Assembly (NCBI GenBank): GCA_963575745.1
Contig: CAUYUJ010000001.1
Location: 1,736,001 to 1,800,000, forward strand
Source of the DNA: Prorocentrum cordatum
Taxonomy: Eukaryota
Direction of reading: 5' to 3'
Length of the DNA: 64,000 bases
Shown here: piece by piece, positions 52,040-63,807 of the stretch
Numbering within the stretch: position 1 is the stretch's first letter
Layout of the letters: the number at the start of each line of letters is the position of its first letter
Position numbers and translations under genes: made by a program
The notes under the pieces: generated by a model
Database searches by the model: none
The model's input: only the letters and a program-made list of their open reading frames with translations
What the model was told of the DNA's origin: nothing

Positions 52040-55000
52040 GTGGCGGAGCACGTAGCTACCTTCGAGGAACTCAGTAGACCAGTGTCGGCACAGCCACAGA
52101 CGCGGCACCCCAAGGTATCATCGGATGAGACACCACACACACATGGTCCGAGTCGCAGCTCGTCCGCGCGCAACCGCCGTGGAGCCCCAGGCCCATGCGG
52201 CGAAAGCAGGTCGAGCCCGCGCACTGCCTCTCAGAGGCCATGCACTCCCCGCGACAGGGGACACAGGGAAGCTGACGCTCCCCACCTCTCCATCTCAGAC
52301 GACCAGCTGGCGGAAACGTCCGCCGCAGGTGACATAGCTGAGCTCAGAGACCAGGTTGAAACCTTCGTGTCCAGCCAATACTCTGGACTACTACAGAGCG
52401 TTCAGACGAACGCCACCGACACTGCAGCCATACGCCGCGATCTTGACGGCGCCTTAGGGATCATCGATTCCAGGATCGCCGAAGATCGACGCATCATAGG
52501 AGAACTGCAGTACCAGGTTGATCGTGAGGTGTCACACTCAGGTGAACGAACGGCGATGGTCGAGAACCTGCGCAACTATCTCGCGCAGATGGAGCAACAA
52601 CTTGTGATCGTACGCGACACAGGCATTTCTGCGGTCAGGATTTTACATGATGAGATCCACGACCAGCTCCGCAACCGACCAACTCCAACCGAGGCCACAG
52701 ACCTTGGCGACGTTCAGTCTCAGATCAATGATCTTCGATCTTACCTAGACCACACTACGGCGACGCTTCGTACCGAAGCACACACAAACTCGTCGAACCT
52801 GATCGACATGTTGCAGCGTACTGAGAGAGTCATCACTCAAAGGCTTGATGCGACCAACGCTGTCGTGCAGCCACTCGCTAACCGGATCTCTGACATAGAG
52901 CAGCGTTTTCCTGGTGTACAGGACGCCCTGGCAGAGTTGCGTGTCGGACGAGCCCAGACTGATCAGCTGGATTCTCCTCCCACGGTTTACGATTTCGCCC
53001 GCCTCACTGACAGGTTGCAGGAGGTTGAGAAGGCGGCGGACCACACGCAGTTAGAGCTCTCCCAGGTTATTCATGAAAGAGATACTGAGAAGGTACGTGT
53101 AGAGAGTTACCTCGCACGTCTGGAAAGCGAGGTGGAGGCACAAAGCGCCCGTCTCCGAGCATACGAGCATCGACTTGATCGGTATTCACAACGGTCTCGG
53201 GATACTGACGAGTATACACGCCAAAAGGTGGGTCAAAAACAAGAAGACATGACGAGCTGGACGAATCAGCTGATCGACCACACTAACGACACCAACATTC
53301 ACCTTCGACCTGCAGCCGACCTGCTCAGGCCGACGGCAGCGTCCGCCGAAGCACCACAAGCTTCAGCAGGACAACAACGACGTACGTCCCCAGGAGCAGC
53401 CTCCGCGGCAGCTTCTGCACAGACACGTCATGTGTCTCCTGTGCGCACAGAACCAACCACCGACGGTGCACCGATACCCTCGCAGCCAGTGTCTGCGGTG
53501 TCGGTCCATACTACGACGCCTATCAAGGAGTCAGACACCGTCCGTGTACCTGTCTTGCCTAAGATCACGCAGCTGCTGGAGTGGCAGCAAAGAGTGCGAA
53601 AGAATTTCGGGGCCGCCTCAGGGCGACCATCCAAAGCATACGCCTTCCTATGCGTGGCAGAACAGCCCGAATGTACATTCGAGGATTTACAAGACAGTGC
53701 AGACTTTGAGAGCATCGATTGCAAACTCGCAACCGCTCTGAGCGACATCTTATCCTCAGACTTACGCTACCAAATCAGGCTCATCGAGACCAGAGAGCAC
53801 AAAGCAGGACACATGCTCAAAGGACGCCAGATATACTGGCATATCCTACAGTCCTACAAAGTGACAGACGTTGACGACGATCTGCACGATTTCGAGCGCC
53901 TTAAAGAACTGAGGATGAGAGATGAAGATTTGCAACGATTCGCTACCGATTGGGACGCCTTACTCTTGGAATGCCGAGAAGTACCCGATCCAAAGATATT
54001 GGAATCGCTATTTCGCACACAGATTCGTAGACATGCATGGATGAAACAAGACATGTACGAGTATCAGCGCATGAAGATGAGCGGCCCGAATCGTACCTAC
54101 GGTTGGCTTCGGCAGCGTGTCCTGGACATACTGGAGATTAAACAATTGGAGAAGAATCAAAACAAGCTACGGTACGAACATGAGACACGATCTCAGGTCA
54201 ACGTGTGCGCTGCATGGAAGAAAGGCAATTGTCGCAACGGTGAACGGTGCAAGGCTTTACATACATATTCCAGGGATTGGAAGACCAACAAATCTTCCAG
54301 AACATCAGCGGCTGGTGGCAACCCCCGCCGTAGCATGTCCACTCCTGCGAATCACAAGAAGCCGGCATCAAAGCCATTATGCTTCGATTTTGCCAAGCGC
54401 AACACATGTACCAGAGGTGATAAGTGTAACTTCCCACACGTCGCACAGTGCAAGGATTTCGCACAGAACAAGTGCACAAAAGGCGACAAATGCAAATGCG
54501 CTCATCTCGCACCTGGTGCAAAGACTCCTGAACGAAGCCCGAGTCGGCCACGGACTTCCAGCCGGGACAGCCGTGGCCGATCACCATCCCGCGGATCAGG
54601 AAGCCAACGGTCTTCACAACGCGGGGGGTTTCGCTACGCAAGCGATTCACGACAGGGACGTGACAACCGACGCCAATACGACCGATCCCGTTCGACATCC
54701 AGGAGGTCCCAAGACTCTCGCAGCCAATCGAGAAGTCGTTACGACAGATCTTCGAGATCTACCTCCCGAGGACGAGACAATCGTGGCGGCGGACGCGGCA
54801 GTCCACGCGGCCGTGATAGATCATATGGTAGTGACAAAGGACGTGGCAAGCGGTATCCGAGCCGCGGATCGTCCCGTGGTTCTCCCAACACTAGAGCACG
54901 TTCTCCTGCCAACTTTAGACGTTCACGCCGTTCAGACCGCAGTTGCGTCATCCGTGACAAGACCCTCATGGCCAACACTAAGGCCACAGCGACATCTACC

Positions 55001-57103
55001 AAGACACGTCGTCGGATACGCTTCGACGTACGCAACGTGGACTACTACTTCCATACCATATCTGGCAGAGCCAGACTGGACAGATGGAAAGAGCTGCCGA
55101 ATGAGGGTGACATCGTCAAAGTACCAGATCCATTACCACAAAAATGGTGGGATGATAGTGCAGAGGCCTTACGAGAATGTCAAAAAGAGGCACAACTATG
55201 GTACGACGAACTATACGACTACCGACACAACAAAGAGTCGGTGGCCACACCAACTGCGATCCGAAAGCATGACGACACTGTCAAGCAGTCATCAAAGACT
55301 GACCAGACGACGACAACGACAAAGCAAGTCGACCCTCCACGTTCGACTGCAGCATTCACAAGGTCTTGGGTTCTTGACAGTGGTTCTGCCAATCATATTC
55401 AGGGAACCCATGAACTTACGCAGACCGAGTCGGATCGCATATCTATTCGCGAAGAGCATATTCTGGAAACTGCAAATGGTGATCGCACCGTCAACGAGCA
55501 CTACGACATACGGCTACCCGAGGTTGGACTGCATAGTTCAGCCCTTGCTTTACCAGACTGTCCATCATTACTATCAGTTGGAAAATTGATTGAGGTTGAT
55601 GGCTTTCGACAGCTTTGGGATCCTGGGCTGGGCTACATACTTCAGGATCCGGGGGGCCAATGGTATAAGATTCCAGTCAACAATCGAGTGCCAGAGTTAC
55701 GACTCGACGACTTAACACGGATACCACCACCACGTTTATGCACTTCGTCAGCACCCCGCCGTCGTCAGCGAAAGCGTTCATCCGCCCGCTGTAACGACGC
55801 TTGTTGGTGCTGCAAAACTACAGAGCAACCAACCACTGCAGACGAGCTACGGCCCCACATAGGGACCTGCCCCAAGAGACCACATGTCGGAGAGGGAGGA
55901 GGAGCACGGACCATCACGGTCGAAGAACCTCCCGACACAAGCACAGACGAGCCCAACGTGGACACAACCACCGACTCGCCTACGTCTCAGACGCAGTGTT
56001 CTCCTCCACAATGCGGGGGGTTAGATATAGCTCAAGCAGACAACGACATACCGACAGAGACACCCACACGAACGCATCCAGACAACGATCGAGTTCTACC
56101 CAACAGACAAAAGAAACCGATCGACCCGATGCATTACATGACTCACAGCCCAAAACATCCTGACTGTGAGATCTGTTCTCGTACGATGGCACAGAATGCA
56201 CCGTGTAGACGACAGCGCAAACCACATCCACCGGCAGACCCCACCGAAGAGGATAACGCCTACGAGGCTTTTGTCCCGAAGAAGTTCGGCGAGGCTCTAA
56301 CTGCCGACCATATCGTACTTGCCAAAGACGATGCCGCGGACAAACATGGCGACAAATATGCACTTGTTGCCCTTGGCAAATATACTGGCATCTTCATGGC
56401 CTACCCAGCGCTACACAAAGACGCAGCTACTACAAAGGCATCCTTTCAACAGTTCATCGCCGCGAACGATGAGGTGAAGCATATCTACACAGACAACTCT
56501 GGAGAGCTTCAGAAAGCTTGCCGCCAACTGGGATGGAGACGCGACACGAGTAGGCCACATCGTCCACAGACAAATGGATCGATTGAGCGCGTTGTCAAAA
56601 TTGTCATTCTCGGTACCAGAGCTGTGTTACATATGTCTGGTCTGGGACACGAATGGTGGAAAGAGGCCATGCAAGCCTTTTGCTGTGGACACAACTTTGT
56701 GCAGACATCCAGGGGCGTCGCTGCCCTCAACGAGGAGCACGCAGAAAAGACAGCTCATGCAATAAGATTTGGCGAAAGCTTTCCTGGGCACTGCATACCA
56801 TTCGGTGCTCGGATATTTTGGAAATGCCTCAACCCCGAGATTAACAACGAGACTGCAAAGTTTAAAGAAAATACTCGGGAAGGGTTATTCATGGGATACC
56901 ACTTACACTCTGGTGGACGATGGTCAGGTGACTACCTTGTTTTGGACACGGCTACGTACGCCAAGAATCCTGATGGTGAACTGTGTCATGTGCACAGAGT
57001 CAAAGACATCATCATCCCTGATGGCAAGTTCACCTACCCCGTGAAAGATGGTACCCTCCGACATCACAACCCGGAGGCACACGACGAGAGTCATACCAAT
57101 TGA
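52040..57103 (+). CDS. Gag-protease-integrase polyprotein (coiled coil, capsid-like region, 3x CCCH, RS-rich region, aspartic protease, HHCC-DDE integrase)
   Basis: Uninterrupted 1687-codon frame; the start is uncertain, first in-frame ATG at 52556. CCCH fingers at ~54205-54505; WVLDSGSANH, LETANG, LLSVGKL; HYMTHSPKHPDCEIC; TADH, YTDNSGEL, PQTNGSIER; IPFGA...GLFMGY. Confidence 0.93.
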   Translation: MAEHVATFEELSRPVSAQPQTRHPKVSSDETPHTHGPSRSSSARNRRGAPGPCGESRSSPRTASQRPCTPRDRGHREADAPHLSISDDQLAETSAAGDIAELRDQVETFVSSQYSGLLQSVQTNATDTAAIRRDLDGALGIIDSRIAEDRRIIGELQYQVDREVSHSGERTAMVENLRNYLAQMEQQLVIVRDTGISAVRILHDEIHDQLRNRPTPTEATDLGDVQSQINDLRSYLDHTTATLRTEAHTNSSNLIDMLQRTERVITQRLDATNAVVQPLANRISDIEQRFPGVQDALAELRVGRAQTDQLDSPPTVYDFARLTDRLQEVEKAADHTQLELSQVIHERDTEKVRVESYLARLESEVEAQSARLRAYEHRLDRYSQRSRDTDEYTRQKVGQKQEDMTSWTNQLIDHTNDTNIHLRPAADLLRPTAASAEAPQASAGQQRRTSPGAASAAASAQTRHVSPVRTEPTTDGAPIPSQPVSAVSVHTTTPIKESDTVRVPVLPKITQLLEWQQRVRKNFGAASGRPSKAYAFLCVAEQPECTFEDLQDSADFESIDCKLATALSDILSSDLRYQIRLIETREHKAGHMLKGRQIYWHILQSYKVTDVDDDLHDFERLKELRMRDEDLQRFATDWDALLLECREVPDPKILESLFRTQIRRHAWMKQDMYEYQRMKMSGPNRTYGWLRQRVLDILEIKQLEKNQNKLRYEHETRSQVNVCAAWKKGNCRNGERCKALHTYSRDWKTNKSSRTSAAGGNPRRSMSTPANHKKPASKPLCFDFAKRNTCTRGDKCNFPHVAQCKDFAQNKCTKGDKCKCAHLAPGAKTPERSPSRPRTSSRDSRGRSPSRGSGSQRSSQRGGFRYASDSRQGRDNRRQYDRSRSTSRRSQDSRSQSRSRYDRSSRSTSRGRDNRGGGRGSPRGRDRSYGSDKGRGKRYPSRGSSRGSPNTRARSPANFRRSRRSDRSCVIRDKTLMANTKATATSTKTRRRIRFDVRNVDYYFHTISGRARLDRWKELPNEGDIVKVPDPLPQKWWDDSAEALRECQKEAQLWYDELYDYRHNKESVATPTAIRKHDDTVKQSSKTDQTTTTTKQVDPPRSTAAFTRSWVLDSGSANHIQGTHELTQTESDRISIREEHILETANGDRTVNEHYDIRLPEVGLHSSALALPDCPSLLSVGKLIEVDGFRQLWDPGLGYILQDPGGQWYKIPVNNRVPELRLDDLTRIPPPRLCTSSAPRRRQRKRSSARCNDACWCCKTTEQPTTADELRPHIGTCPKRPHVGEGGGARTITVEEPPDTSTDEPNVDTTTDSPTSQTQCSPPQCGGLDIAQADNDIPTETPTRTHPDNDRVLPNRQKKPIDPMHYMTHSPKHPDCEICSRTMAQNAPCRRQRKPHPPADPTEEDNAYEAFVPKKFGEALTADHIVLAKDDAADKHGDKYALVALGKYTGIFMAYPALHKDAATTKASFQQFIAANDEVKHIYTDNSGELQKACRQLGWRRDTSRPHRPQTNGSIERVVKIVILGTRAVLHMSGLGHEWWKEAMQAFCCGHNFVQTSRGVAALNEEHAEKTAHAIRFGESFPGHCIPFGARIFWKCLNPEINNETAKFKENTREGLFMGYHLHSGGRWSGDYLVLDTATYAKNPDGELCHVHRVKDIIIPDGKFTYPVKDGTLRHHNPEAHDESHTN

Positions 57104-59010
57104 ATTACAATCATACCCACAAGTGGGCACGTGACTTACCTAATTGTGGTGCAGATCATTTCTTCAAAAAGTTGGTGCACTACCTCGACCCAGAAACTAT
57201 CGAGGAGTCGACCACAGGCATCTTTCAATGGATTTCCAAAGTATACCAGCACATCTTGAAAGATAGTATTGCGGAGCTTCCAGATTTCGCCAAAGAGGCC
57301 ATCCATGAGAACCATCCTGCACTTCAGGCATTGCGTGACCTATTCAAAAATTGTACTGTGACATACGCTAATCCAGATTTTTCTGCATGGGAAGAGCTGG
57401 TGGAAACACCTGCTGCGCCTCGAGAGCAAGGCGCTGAGCAGGATATTCCCCAGGACCCAGGCAGCGTTGCGTCTGCAGCTCCCGATCAGGAAACTATGGT
57501 ACGTATCATAGCCGAGCAGACGGGACTCAAGCGCGAGGAGGGCGACAACGAGGCTACCTTGCAGGAGCAGGCTCGCCGTCTTCGTGAGGAGAACGTATGC
57601 CATGGCGGTACTGAGGATACCGACAACATCAAGATAGAGTACAAAGAACTGCCAGGGGAAAGGTTGTCTCGGATCGAGATCGAGGGTTTAAGCAGATCGA
57701 TCGCTTCCAGACCGAACGCCGAGATCAATCGTGAGGCGATCAATCAGATCGGTCAGAACCTCGCTCGCGGTCAGGACACCCGCTGGGGATCCCGCGATCA
57801 CCTGACTTCGGCTGGGGCCCCCGAGACGATCTTGCATCCCATACCGCTCTGTCAGAATTGCGGTCGAGATCTGCCCCTCGGGATTGTCACAGGTGACGGC
57901 GCACTTTGCGATATCTGTTGGCAATACACTGTGGCCGTAGGCGCCACAGGCAAGAGCACCGCCACACAGAGCGACTTCGCGTACCTGCAGAAATTGACGA
58001 ACTGGATCAAGACGACGTTGTCTGAGGATCAAATCGCGAGATACATGAAGGATGGTGCGCACGTCATTATGACGGGTGCGCGATCGCACATAGGCAGCGA
58101 GAAAGATCAGTTGCGGAGATTGGCCAATGCGTCCAAAAAGAGGTATCAGAAGTGGGTCGAAGCCGGTAGCCCGCCTGCACACGAGTGCAGATTAATGGGC
58201 GGATCCGAGGACGACCGGCCTCTGTATTACCCATTCGCCAATCTCATACAACGCTTTCTCAACGACCTCAAGTTTCATCATCAGATGACAGGTGCCCGCG
58301 TGAATGTCGGCAAGAAGCCCTGGACCGTCGAGGACATGCGCGACGCGTGGGACATCCTTGACGTCAGCATTAGGACAGGACAGGCTGGTCGGAGAAAGTG
58401 GTGGCTGAACGAGGGGCGCATTGACAGGCAGACGCGGCAGGCGCGCGGACTGGTTACGGTTTCTCTCCCTCGAAGGGACGGAACCCGTGAACAGTTCACC
58501 CAGCGCAAGCTTGCCGCGATCGCCAACGAACTGATGGGCTCCCTCGATCCGTCACACACCGACCAGAGGGGGGTTAGTACAGGGATGAGAACCGATCCCG
58601 ATACACAATCCCAACAGTCCGATGACGCCATGGAGCCGCGGCCGCCGCCGCGCCCGCCGCCGCGCCCTGCTCCTGGCGACGCTGCTGCGTCCAGCGCCTC
58701 AGGCGCGGAGGACTACACGCCCGCGATGCCGCGCGCCAAGAGAGCACGTACATCTGATTACGCTGCTTATTGGCGCCACGACCTCGAGGACAGCTACTGG
58801 GGTCTTCGATACTGGAGTTACTACATCAAATGTTGGATCTACATCGCGATCAACAACGACGAGTATGTGTACATCCAGGATATCACGTACAACGACTGGT
58901 TCCGCAACTGGATCCCGAGGACAACTTGGGAAACGTTTACGACAAGCTACGCGACGTACAACGGCCAGAGGGTGTGGGACCGCAGGTTCTACAAGGACGG
59001 CGACGCGTAG
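57100..59010 (+). CDS. Unknown 636-aa ORF inside the LTR element (CxxC...CxxC, W/Y-rich C-terminus)
   Basis: Long open frame in non-repetitive sequence, in the -1 frame overlapping the Gag-IN stop. Contains CQNC-x15-CDIC. No YVDD or RNase H motifs. Confidence 0.75.
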   Translation: MNYNHTHKWARDLPNCGADHFFKKLVHYLDPETIEESTTGIFQWISKVYQHILKDSIAELPDFAKEAIHENHPALQALRDLFKNCTVTYANPDFSAWEELVETPAAPREQGAEQDIPQDPGSVASAAPDQETMVRIIAEQTGLKREEGDNEATLQEQARRLREENVCHGGTEDTDNIKIEYKELPGERLSRIEIEGLSRSIASRPNAEINREAINQIGQNLARGQDTRWGSRDHLTSAGAPETILHPIPLCQNCGRDLPLGIVTGDGALCDICWQYTVAVGATGKSTATQSDFAYLQKLTNWIKTTLSEDQIARYMKDGAHVIMTGARSHIGSEKDQLRRLANASKKRYQKWVEAGSPPAHECRLMGGSEDDRPLYYPFANLIQRFLNDLKFHHQMTGARVNVGKKPWTVEDMRDAWDILDVSIRTGQAGRRKWWLNEGRIDRQTRQARGLVTVSLPRRDGTREQFTQRKLAAIANELMGSLDPSHTDQRGVSTGMRTDPDTQSQQSDDAMEPRPPPRPPPRPAPGDAAASSASGAEDYTPAMPRAKRARTSDYAAYWRHDLEDSYWGLRYWSYYIKCWIYIAINNDEYVYIQDITYNDWFRNWIPRTTWETFTTSYATYNGQRVWDRRFYKDGDA

Positions 59011-59754
59011 TGAGTCGGCCGCAAGGCCCACTGCTCAAGAGCGAAACTTCCTTTCATCAAAGTTCGCCTTGAGCGGTGGCTAATATATTCTTTTAGGCCA
59101 CTTCAATCATTCACACAAGTGGCCATACACAAACATATATATCTTTTGCGATCACCGAGGCAGCCTCCTAAGGAGCAACGCCAACGGGAGTCGCCAAACA
59201 GACTTTTTATACATCCCTTTCCGTGTTCATGAACACGACATTTTGTCTGGCCAGACACTTGCTTTACGCAGATTTGCGTTTCTTTTCAGGATCGCGTTCG
59301 TCAACACGATCTTAGCATACATTTGTTTCTTAGGCAGACTTGTGTTTCACTTCAAGATTGTGTTCGTCAACGCGATGTTAGCATGCATATTTTAACAATT
59401 TGAACAATATTGCGTCGAGAATAATCTGCAAGTTGGTGGCAACACCTGCCTCGCAAATCTTGCGAGGCAGATTGCATGTTGCCTTAATGCTCAGATCTTC
59501 TTTCTCCGCCTACCCTTGTCTCATTCTTCTCCTCCCTCGAGTGCCGAAGCGTTTTTGGGGGGCGCACCGAGGGGGCGCCAAAATGCGCCTGGAGAAGAAA
59601 GGGGGACTTAGGGCATCTCTTCTTACCTCACTTTGCAGCTGTGGCTTCGCTGATTTTAAGCCCCAGCTGCCTTTCTGACTTAAGGACTAAAGGAGTTCAG
59701 AGGTTACGGATTCCTTTCCTCTGTTCCCGAGTCCTGCCTTAACGGGCGGGATTC

Positions 59755-59765
59755 GGGACGGGGGG
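59755..59765 (+). promoter_or_regulatory. Polypurine tract GGGACGGGGGG
   Basis: Immediately precedes the TG of the 3' LTR. Confidence 0.8.
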
Positions 59766-59960
59766 TGTGAATGGAACCCGTGTAATACCCTCATATATAC
59801 TCCTTATCCTTACCTCTCCCGCACCTGGCCGTTTGGGCTCAGGTACTGAGTTGGAGCGATCGTACTTTGATCGCTTGGGAGGGAAGATATCCATCTATCC
59901 CTCCATCTCTCTACCAACGGATCAGGGTTTCTGTACCCTTGTACTTCAACCCCATACACA
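59766..59960 (+). repeat. 3' LTR
   Basis: Near-identical to 51388-51583. Confidence 0.96.
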
Positions 59961-60339
59961 CACCCTCCCTGGTGTCGAGAAAATGTCACGCCTGCTCGGC
60001 CTTGGAACATGCGTCGTTTATGTATCGTGCTGCATGTGTATGTGTTGGATGCGCGTGGGGCCGTCTTGGGACGCGTGACCATATGGATGCTCAGTGTGTT
60101 GTGCATACCTCTTGGGTGTACGACGCAGTGAACACGCCAGGCGTGCACTAGCGTTGTTGTGCATACCTCTTGGGTGTAGGATGCAGTGAACGCGCCAGGC
60201 GTGCACTAGCGTTGTTGGTGTGTGTGTGCGTGTGTGTGTATGTGTGTGAGTGTGTGTGAGTGTGTATGTATGTGTGTGCGTGCGCGTGCGCACGCACGCC
60301 AGACGTGCGTGTTGCGCGTGGGTGCAGGAGGACGGAGCG

Positions 60340-61435
60340 TGAGGGACCACCTATCTGCGCACCCCCTGTGGCATGGAAAGGACCAAGGAGCGCGTGGGTG
60401 CAGGACCAAGGAGCGTGGAAAAGTGTCGCGCCTACCACGCCCCGCGGCCCTGAGACGGATAGAGACCGCTGTGGGGGACCACCCGCTGCGCACCCCGTAT
60501 GTCGTGGAGAAAGTGTCACTGCCACGCCAGCCACGCCCCGCGACCCTGAGACGGATAGAGACCACGGTGAAGGACCACCGGATGTGCACCCATTGTGGCG
60601 GGGAGAAAGTGCCGCCCCTGGCACGCCCCGCGAACCTGAGACGGATAGAGACCGTGGTGAAGGACCCCACCCCCCTGGTCACCCTTGTGGCGTGGAGAAA
60701 GTGCCGCGCCTGCCACGCCCCACGACCCTGAGACGGATAGAGACCGCGGTGACCCCCTTATGGTGTCGAGAAGATGCCGCGCCTGCCACGCCTCGCGACC
60801 CTGAGACGGATAGGGACCCAGGTGAGGGACCACCCCTTGCGCACCCTCTATGGTGTCGAGAAAGTGCCGCCCCTGGTATGCCCCGCGACCCTGAGACGGA
60901 TAGGGACCACGGTGAGGGACCCCATCCCCTTGTTCACCCCTTTGGCGTGGAGAAAGTGCCGCGCCTGCCACGGCCCGCGACCCTGAGACGGATAGGGACC
61001 ACGGTGAGGGACCCCATCCCTTTGTTCACCCCTTTGGTGTGGAGAAAGTGCCGCGCCTGCCACGCCCCGCGACCCTGAGACGGATAGGGACCACGGTGAG
61101 GGACCCCCCCCCTGCGCACCCCGTTTGGTGTCGAGAAGGTGCCGCGCTTGGCACGCCTGGCGACCCTGAGACGGATAGGGACCACGGTGAGGGACCACCC
61201 CTTGCGCACCCTCTACGGTGTCGAGAAAATGCCACGCTTGCCACGCCTTGCGACCTTGAGACGGATAGAGACCACGGTGAGGGACCACCGCCTGCGCACC
61301 CCCTATGGTGTCGAGAAAGTGCCACGCCAGCCACGCCTTGCGACCCTGAGACGGATAGAGAACACGGTAAAGGACCTTCCTCTGCGCACCCCCCGTGGTG
61401 TTGAGAAGGTGCCACGCCTGCCACGCCTTGCGAAT
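60340..61435. repeat. Tandem satellite, 90-92-bp unit, ~11-12 diverged copies, same family as 51135-51387
   Basis: CTGAGACGGATAG recurs at ~60801, 60891, 60983, 61075, 61166, 61346. Confidence 0.92.
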
Positions 61436-63807
61436 ATTTGCGCACGTGTTGTGTGGTATGTGCGTCATGTGTATGATGCGTGTGCGGCTGTTTCTGAACG
61501 TGTGTCTCATGTGGGTGCTCAGTGCGTTGACGCGTGTCTCATGGATGTGCCATGCATATGTTGCGCGCGGGTGAAGAGAGGAAGGAAAAAGAGGAGGACT
61601 AGCGTTGTTGGAGTGTGTGTGTGTGTGTGCGTGTGTGCGTGCGCGTGCGCACGCCAGACGTGTGTGTCGCCCGTGGGTGCAGGATCAAGGAGGAGGAGGT
61701 GAAGGGAAGGGAGGCGGAGGTGTGAGTGAGACGCGGGTGCGACGCGGATGGTCAGAAAACCGGAACCCCACTAAACATGTGGGGGGAAAAATTGTTTCGA
61801 ATCCACCCGACCCGCAATGCGGTATTTTGTCGCCCACCCCACACCTCTTGACATGCCATCTGCAGACGTGGTTCAAGGCGCCGGACACTGCTTCGCTTCG
61901 TCCGAATGCTGAGCAACGCAGTTCGCCGTGGACCCGTCCGCCACCTGGGCCGGCTGTCGACCTGCGCTGGGACAGGCAGCGAGGCGGCGGAACCGACCCG
62001 TGCGTCGCAACCATCGACTACAAGACCTTCCAACCTCCTACCCGAGATCACTTTCGGCAGATACGCCGAGATCAGGACCGCGGAGGACTGCAAAGACTTG
62101 ACCGCAAAGAACTCATATCGAGCACAGCGCCTCCAACTGAACTGCATGGAAGACGCGACATCGCCCCGAGCTCGGCCGCCGAATTCCAGCCGGAGGACCA
62201 GTCGAGGGCATTGCATGGACAAAACATCCGACCCGGCATAGAAATCTTCGACTACGGACCGCTCGACGAGACGACAAACGATTCGACCCACACTTTGCAA
62301 CAGCGGCCGCGCGAACGCCAGACCGAGCACAAGAGGAACTACAGTCGAATACATTCTCCAAGGAGCACACCTACGCGGCTCTGGAGGCCGCGCAGGTTAT
62401 CATCCAGACCAACGCGCCCAGAGGATGGATGAAGTCGTCGTTGTGCCCGCACCGCTACACACTTGCCTGCTTGGCCTGCTTGGCCGCTACCCACCAAGCC
62501 CGGCAGTGGGTTGCCGCCGAGAAGGCCAACGACGCAAGGCTTCCTCGACGGGCACTTCGCAACCACCAGCATCGGCGCCACGGGACGTCACAGCGCAGTA
62601 AGACCGACCCGAGCACCCCACTATAGGACGCCGCTTTGGGTCATACCCAATGGCGACGGCTCCACGAAGGACGCCGGCCGCCGAGCACTCATCGGCGCAC
62701 TGCCTTGGAAACGGGTCGAGGAGATGGCGGAGAAGAACCGATGTGCCTAGTGCCTCCACAAACGGGCCCACGTGGAACGGAGATGTCCAACGTCGACCAG
62801 ATCCACGAGGTCATGACTTGACTACGCAGGAGCACACATAAGCAGGCCTACAAGACGCAGAACGCAAGGCCCCCCACTCGAATACCCACAACGTACAGGA
62901 CCCGAGCGAGGCCATGCCCCTCCCCCTCTACCTGACCAGCACTTCGGCAAAGAGGGGCGCCAAGGCCCCGCAAACTCGAGCAGGGCTCCACGCCGAAGAG
63001 GGAGACCCCGACGGGGACGTGGTGCCATTGGTAGAAGTCACCGACGACGAGCATTGACTCCTCAGCGACTTAGAGACCGAGCATAGAGCCACCAGGAACC
63101 ATTTCAACGGGGTGGACCAGAAGCGCGGGCTCCAGCTCGGGCCGCCGTCCAACGGCAACCCACAATGGCCGACGATCTCATGGTCCCACTTCCATCTGCC
63201 AGCCAGCGTCATCTACGGGGCGCGCACTGATGACCGCCGCGTCAACGCCGACATGCCCCCCATCATTCGAGGCTGTCACGATAGCGCGACCACCTCGTCC
63301 TGACCCGCCACCATGGAGTCCGCCAGACTCCATCTTGGCACGAGGCATCGCGCAGACCTTGGTCGCCAACGCAATCGACCATCGACCGCGCGTCGCACAT
63401 TTCGCCTGACAGACGAGCAGGAGCCGAGAAGCAGCTGACCAGCATGGAGACCTCCCACGACGGTGGCATCGAAGACGAGTACCAAGCGGAGCTCGAGCTA
63501 AAGGGTTTCGCCACACGAAGACCGACTAGCGACAGAATCCTGGCCGCGCACAACGCGCAGGCCGGCAATATTTTGAACGACCGAGACCACGGCAAGCAAA
63601 GACTACCCACGCTAAACCGACTCACTGGGGCATCGCAGTCAACTTTACCCAGACGACACCCAACCAAGGCGACGCACCACCACCAATTTGCCCAGCACCA
63701 CCACCAACTTGCCCTGACTACGCGACAGGGGACGCGCGCGCTATAGCGAGCCCTTCAGCGAGCGGACTGCCCGAGCGGGCTGCCAATGTCGCCGAACCAC
63801 CAGTTGC

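Larger units (their letters stand above)
51388..59960 (+). mobile_element. Copia/Ty1-type LTR retrotransposon, 8573 bp, lacking RT/RNase H, 5-bp TSD CACCC
   Basis: TG...CA LTRs of 196 and 195 bp differing by 2 substitutions and 1 indel; TSD at 51383-51387 and 59961-59965; Gag-PR-IN order; G-rich PPT. Confidence 0.95.
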
